From the sequence record SRR2962707_4620: a stretch of 53,814 bases of DNA; one strand, given 5' to 3'. Positions 51,152 through 53,814 of the stretch are shown here, piece after piece. How positions within the stretch are numbered: the stretch's first letter is position 1; each line of letters starts with the position of its first letter. The position numbers were made by a program, and so were the translations under genes. Under the pieces are notes generated by a model that did no database searches, was not told the origin of the DNA, and worked only from the letters and a program-made list of their open reading frames with translations.

Positions 51152-52498
51152 ATGAATCAATGGAATCCAGCCAGCTGGAGAGAAAAAACTGCGTTGCAGC
51201 AGCCTGTTTACCCAAGTGCAGAGCACTTGGCTCGTGTCGAAGGTGCGCTGGGTAAAATGCCTCCTTTGGTGTTTGCTGGTGAAGCGCGTCAATTAAGATC
51301 CGCGTTATCTAAAGTGGCAAAAGGCGAGTCTTTTTTATTGCAGGGCGGAGATTGCGCAGAAAGTTTTGCTGAATTTCATGCTGATAATATTCGCGACACA
51401 TTCAAAGTGATGTTGCAGATGGCGGTGGTTTTGACCTACGCCGGAAAATGCCCAATTGTCAAAGTGGGAAGAATGGCTGGGCAATTTGCTAAGCCCCGTT
51501 CTGCCGGCAATGAAACCATTAATGGTGTTGAGTTGCCAAGTTACCGCGGCGATATTATTAACGGTATTGAGTTCACTGAAGCGGCGCGTGTGCCAGACCC
51601 AGAGCGTTTGGTGCAAGTGTATAATCAAAGTGCCGCAACTATGAATCTATTGCGCGCCTTCTCTCAAGGTGGTTTTGCCGACTTGAATCAAGTGCATCAA
51701 TGGAATCTAGATTTCTTGAAAGCCAGCCCAGCGGGCGAGCGTTTTCAAGGTATTGCTGACAAAATTGACGATGCGATGCAGTTTATGGAAGCGTGCGGTG
51801 TCGGTGGTGGACTGACTCAGCTTCAGGAAACGGAGTTTTATACTTCTCATGAAGCCTTGTTATTGCCTTACGAACAAGCATTGACGCGTAAAGACAGTCT
51901 AACGGGCGACTGGTATGACTGTTCTGCTCACATGTTGTGGATTGGTGATCGTACCCGTCAGTTGGATGGGGCACATGTCGAGTTCTTACGCGGCGTAAAC
52001 AATCCAATCGGTGTGAAGGCGGGGCCTACGATGGACCCAGAAGATCTGTTGCGCCTATGCGATGCCTTGAACCCTAATAATGACCCAGGCCGTTTGAATA
52101 TCATTGTCCGTATGGGGGCTGATAAGGTTGAAGAGGGCATGCCTAAACTGATTCGCGCCATTCAAAAAGAAGGCAAGCAAGTGGTTTGGAGCAGTGACCC
52201 AATGCACGGTAATACAGTGAAAGCGAGTTCGGGTTATAAAACCCGCCACGTAGATCATGTGTTGCGTGAAGTTCAGCAGTTTTTCCAAGTGCACAACGCT
52301 GAAGGCAGTTATGCCGGTGGTGTGCATTTTGAAATGACAGGTCAGAATGTTACTGAGTGCGTCGGTGGTGCTTTTCAAGTGACGGAAGCGGATCTGGCTG
52401 ATCGTTACCATACCCATTGTGACCCACGTCTAAATGCGGATCAGTCTTTAGAATTGGCGTTTATGATATCTGACACCTTGAAAAAAGCGCGCGCTTAA
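51152..52498 (+). CDS. 3-deoxy-7-phosphoheptulonate (DAHP) synthase, class II
   Basis: [50 protein letters not shown]. Confidence 0.96.
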   Translation: MNQWNPASWREKTALQQPVYPSAEHLARVEGALGKMPPLVFAGEARQLRSALSKVAKGESFLLQGGDCAESFAEFHADNIRDTFKVMLQMAVVLTYAGKCPIVKVGRMAGQFAKPRSAGNETINGVELPSYRGDIINGIEFTEAARVPDPERLVQVYNQSAATMNLLRAFSQGGFADLNQVHQWNLDFLKASPAGERFQGIADKIDDAMQFMEACGVGGGLTQLQETEFYTSHEALLLPYEQALTRKDSLTGDWYDCSAHMLWIGDRTRQLDGAHVEFLRGVNNPIGVKAGPTMDPEDLLRLCDALNPNNDPGRLNIIVRMGADKVEEGMPKLIRAIQKEGKQVVWSSDPMHGNTVKASSGYKTRHVDHVLREVQQFFQVHNAEGSYAGGVHFEMTGQNVTECVGGAFQVTEADLADRYHTHCDPRLNADQSLELAFMISDTLKKARA

Positions 52499-52535
52499 CA
52501 TCGAGGCGGTCTATTGTTTGCGTTCATTTCGCAAT

Positions 52536-52572
52536 AAAAAAGCCCAGTGAATGAAGATTCACTGGGCTTTTT
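52536..52572. terminator. Bidirectional terminator
   Basis: aaaaaagcccagtgaat/attcactgggcttttt. Confidence 0.88.
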
Positions 52573-52620
52573 AGTGTAACGATCTTTTGTATCAGAGTCG
52601 TTGTGCTCTGATGATCAAGC

Positions 52621-53343
52621 TTAGCCTTTACGGCGACGGAAAGACGATGTTGCGGTTTTTGATGTGATATCAATTTTCGCCATGATCAACGCCATTTCTT
52701 CAGCTTCTGCTTGTTGCTGTGCTTTTAGCTTATCTTCACGTTCTTTTTTCGCCGTTTTTTCTGCTTCGCGAAGCATTCGTTGAATGCTGGCTTTGCTTTT
52801 CGGGCGTTCGACTTTCGTGATGTCGGAAGGTTTTGTTGGGTCTGCTGCTTTCACGGTCGATGCAGGAGAGTCTAAGCGATCTTCGCCAATGAGCTCACCA
52901 AAAAAGGAGCTGGCCGTCGGCTTCGGAGCAGCTTCTTTTTTAATTGGTAGCTCAATTGACTTTTTTGCGGCGGCCTTTCGAGTTTTCTTCGGCTGCTCGG
53001 CAGTAGAGACGCCATTCGCGTCAAACATGGCCTTTTTGCCAAAGCTTAATCCAGCGGCTTTTGCCGTTGTTTGGCCTATCTTGTAGCCTCTTAGGCTTTC
53101 TCCGTTGTAGATGGAAACATAGTCTTTTTCTAGTTCGTAAAGCTCTTGTTTGTCATCTGTTTCGAAGAGTTCTTCAACCGCAAAGGCGCTTAAATCGTGC
53201 TCTCGGATATCGTCATACAGTGGAAAATCCAAACCTTCATTTGCTGCTTCTACGTATTGCTCAAAGCGTTGGAAACCGCTATTGAAAGAAGTGCCAATAT
53301 AATGTTTGCCAGTGATATTATTTGTGATTTTAAAAACGACCAA
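52621..53343 (-). CDS. Hypothetical protein: N-terminal GIY-YIG-like domain plus Lys/Ala-rich tail
   Basis: MVVFKITNNITGKHYIGTS...RFEQY...ELEKDYV resembles the GIY-YIG catalytic domain; AGAGG RBS, TTG start. Confidence 0.7.
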   Translation of the reverse strand: MVVFKITNNITGKHYIGTSFNSGFQRFEQYVEAANEGLDFPLYDDIREHDLSAFAVEELFETDDKQELYELEKDYVSIYNGESLRGYKIGQTTAKAAGLSFGKKAMFDANGVSTAEQPKKTRKAAAKKSIELPIKKEAAPKPTASSFFGELIGEDRLDSPASTVKAADPTKPSDITKVERPKSKASIQRMLREAEKTAKKEREDKLKAQQQAEAEEMALIMAKIDITSKTATSSFRRRKG

Positions 53344-53380
53344 AATCGCTGCCTCTTACTTAGTATCTTTTGAATAGCAC

Positions 53381-53426
53381 ATAAACCCGACTTACTTCTG
53401 GTTGCCCAAAAGTAAATCGGGTTTAT
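53381..53426 (-). terminator. Long inverted repeat after the methyltransferase gene
   Basis: ataaacccga.ttactt/aagtaa.tcgggtttat. Confidence 0.6.
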
Positions 53427-53439
53427 AGAAAAATAGAGT

Positions 53440-53814
53440 TTAGTGTTTTACGACGAGATTCAGTCCGTCGCGGACATTGAGATGAACATTCTCAACTCGA
53501 CTGTCTTGTGCAATCACACGGTTAAGCTCATTGACAGCGAGATCGCTGTTCTCTTTAGGATCAAGAACTCGTCCTTGCCATAAAGAGTTGTCAATGATGA
53601 TTAAGCCACCCTTACTTACTAGCGGTACAACAGCTTGGTAATAATTAAGGTAATTGCGTTTATCAGCGTCGATAAAGACGAGGTCGAAAAGACCTTCAAG
53701 ATTTTGAATCGTCTCCAGCGCAGGACCAAAAATCGGTTTGATTTTGTGTCCATGGGGGCTACGATCGAAAAAGGATTGAGCAAATTCAATTGCTCTAGGG
53801 TTGGTTTCACAGCA
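53440..53814 (-). CDS. SAM-dependent O-methyltransferase (caffeoyl-CoA OMT/Methyltransf_3 type), 3' part only
   Basis: Not in the ORF track; my translation reads ...GPALETIQNLEGLFDLVFIDADKRNYLNYY...GGLIIIDNSLWQGRV...NVRDGLNLVVKH*; truncated by the window edge. Confidence 0.9.
   Translation of the reverse strand, partial: CCETNPRAIEFAQSFFDRSPHGHKIKPIFGPALETIQNLEGLFDLVFIDADKRNYLNYYQAVVPLVSKGGLIIIDNSLWQGRVLDPKENSDLAVNELNRVIAQDSRVENVHLNVRDGLNLVVKH

Overview
Chromosomal window from a marine gammaproteobacterium. Protein style and gene content suggest Marinomonas/Oceanospirillales, but that is an inference. Most of it is housekeeping or metabolic: yraN-lpoA/rsmI; a TPP-riboswitch-led thiC-thi(D)E-thiS-thiG-thiH operon followed by yjbQ; cbpAM; aroA; allantoicase/ureidoglycolate lyase; a Fur-boxed DUF4856-like gene plus desaturase-superfamily gene plus Fe3+ ABC transporter; sbcB; a GH42 beta-galactosidase sugar-ABC cluster; a Tsx/OmpK-like channel with a RutR-type box; a hybrid kinase plus diguanylate cyclase; and a class II DAHP synthase. 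No rRNA, tRNA, CRISPR, integrase or transposase was seen. The most interesting signal is non-coding. A ~160-nt three-hairpin candidate sRNA (9952-10112) has a promoter with phased TG(A/G)CA-like repeats, laid out almost position-for-position like those upstream of a Spy/CpxP-like gene 7 kb away. The two are separated by an apparently inserted amine-oxidation module (AraC, TynB-like, RidA, FAD oxidase, APC permease) that ends in a soluble chemoreceptor with a CZB-like domain lacking its zinc ligands. All family assignments are from motif recognition by eye; no searches were run.
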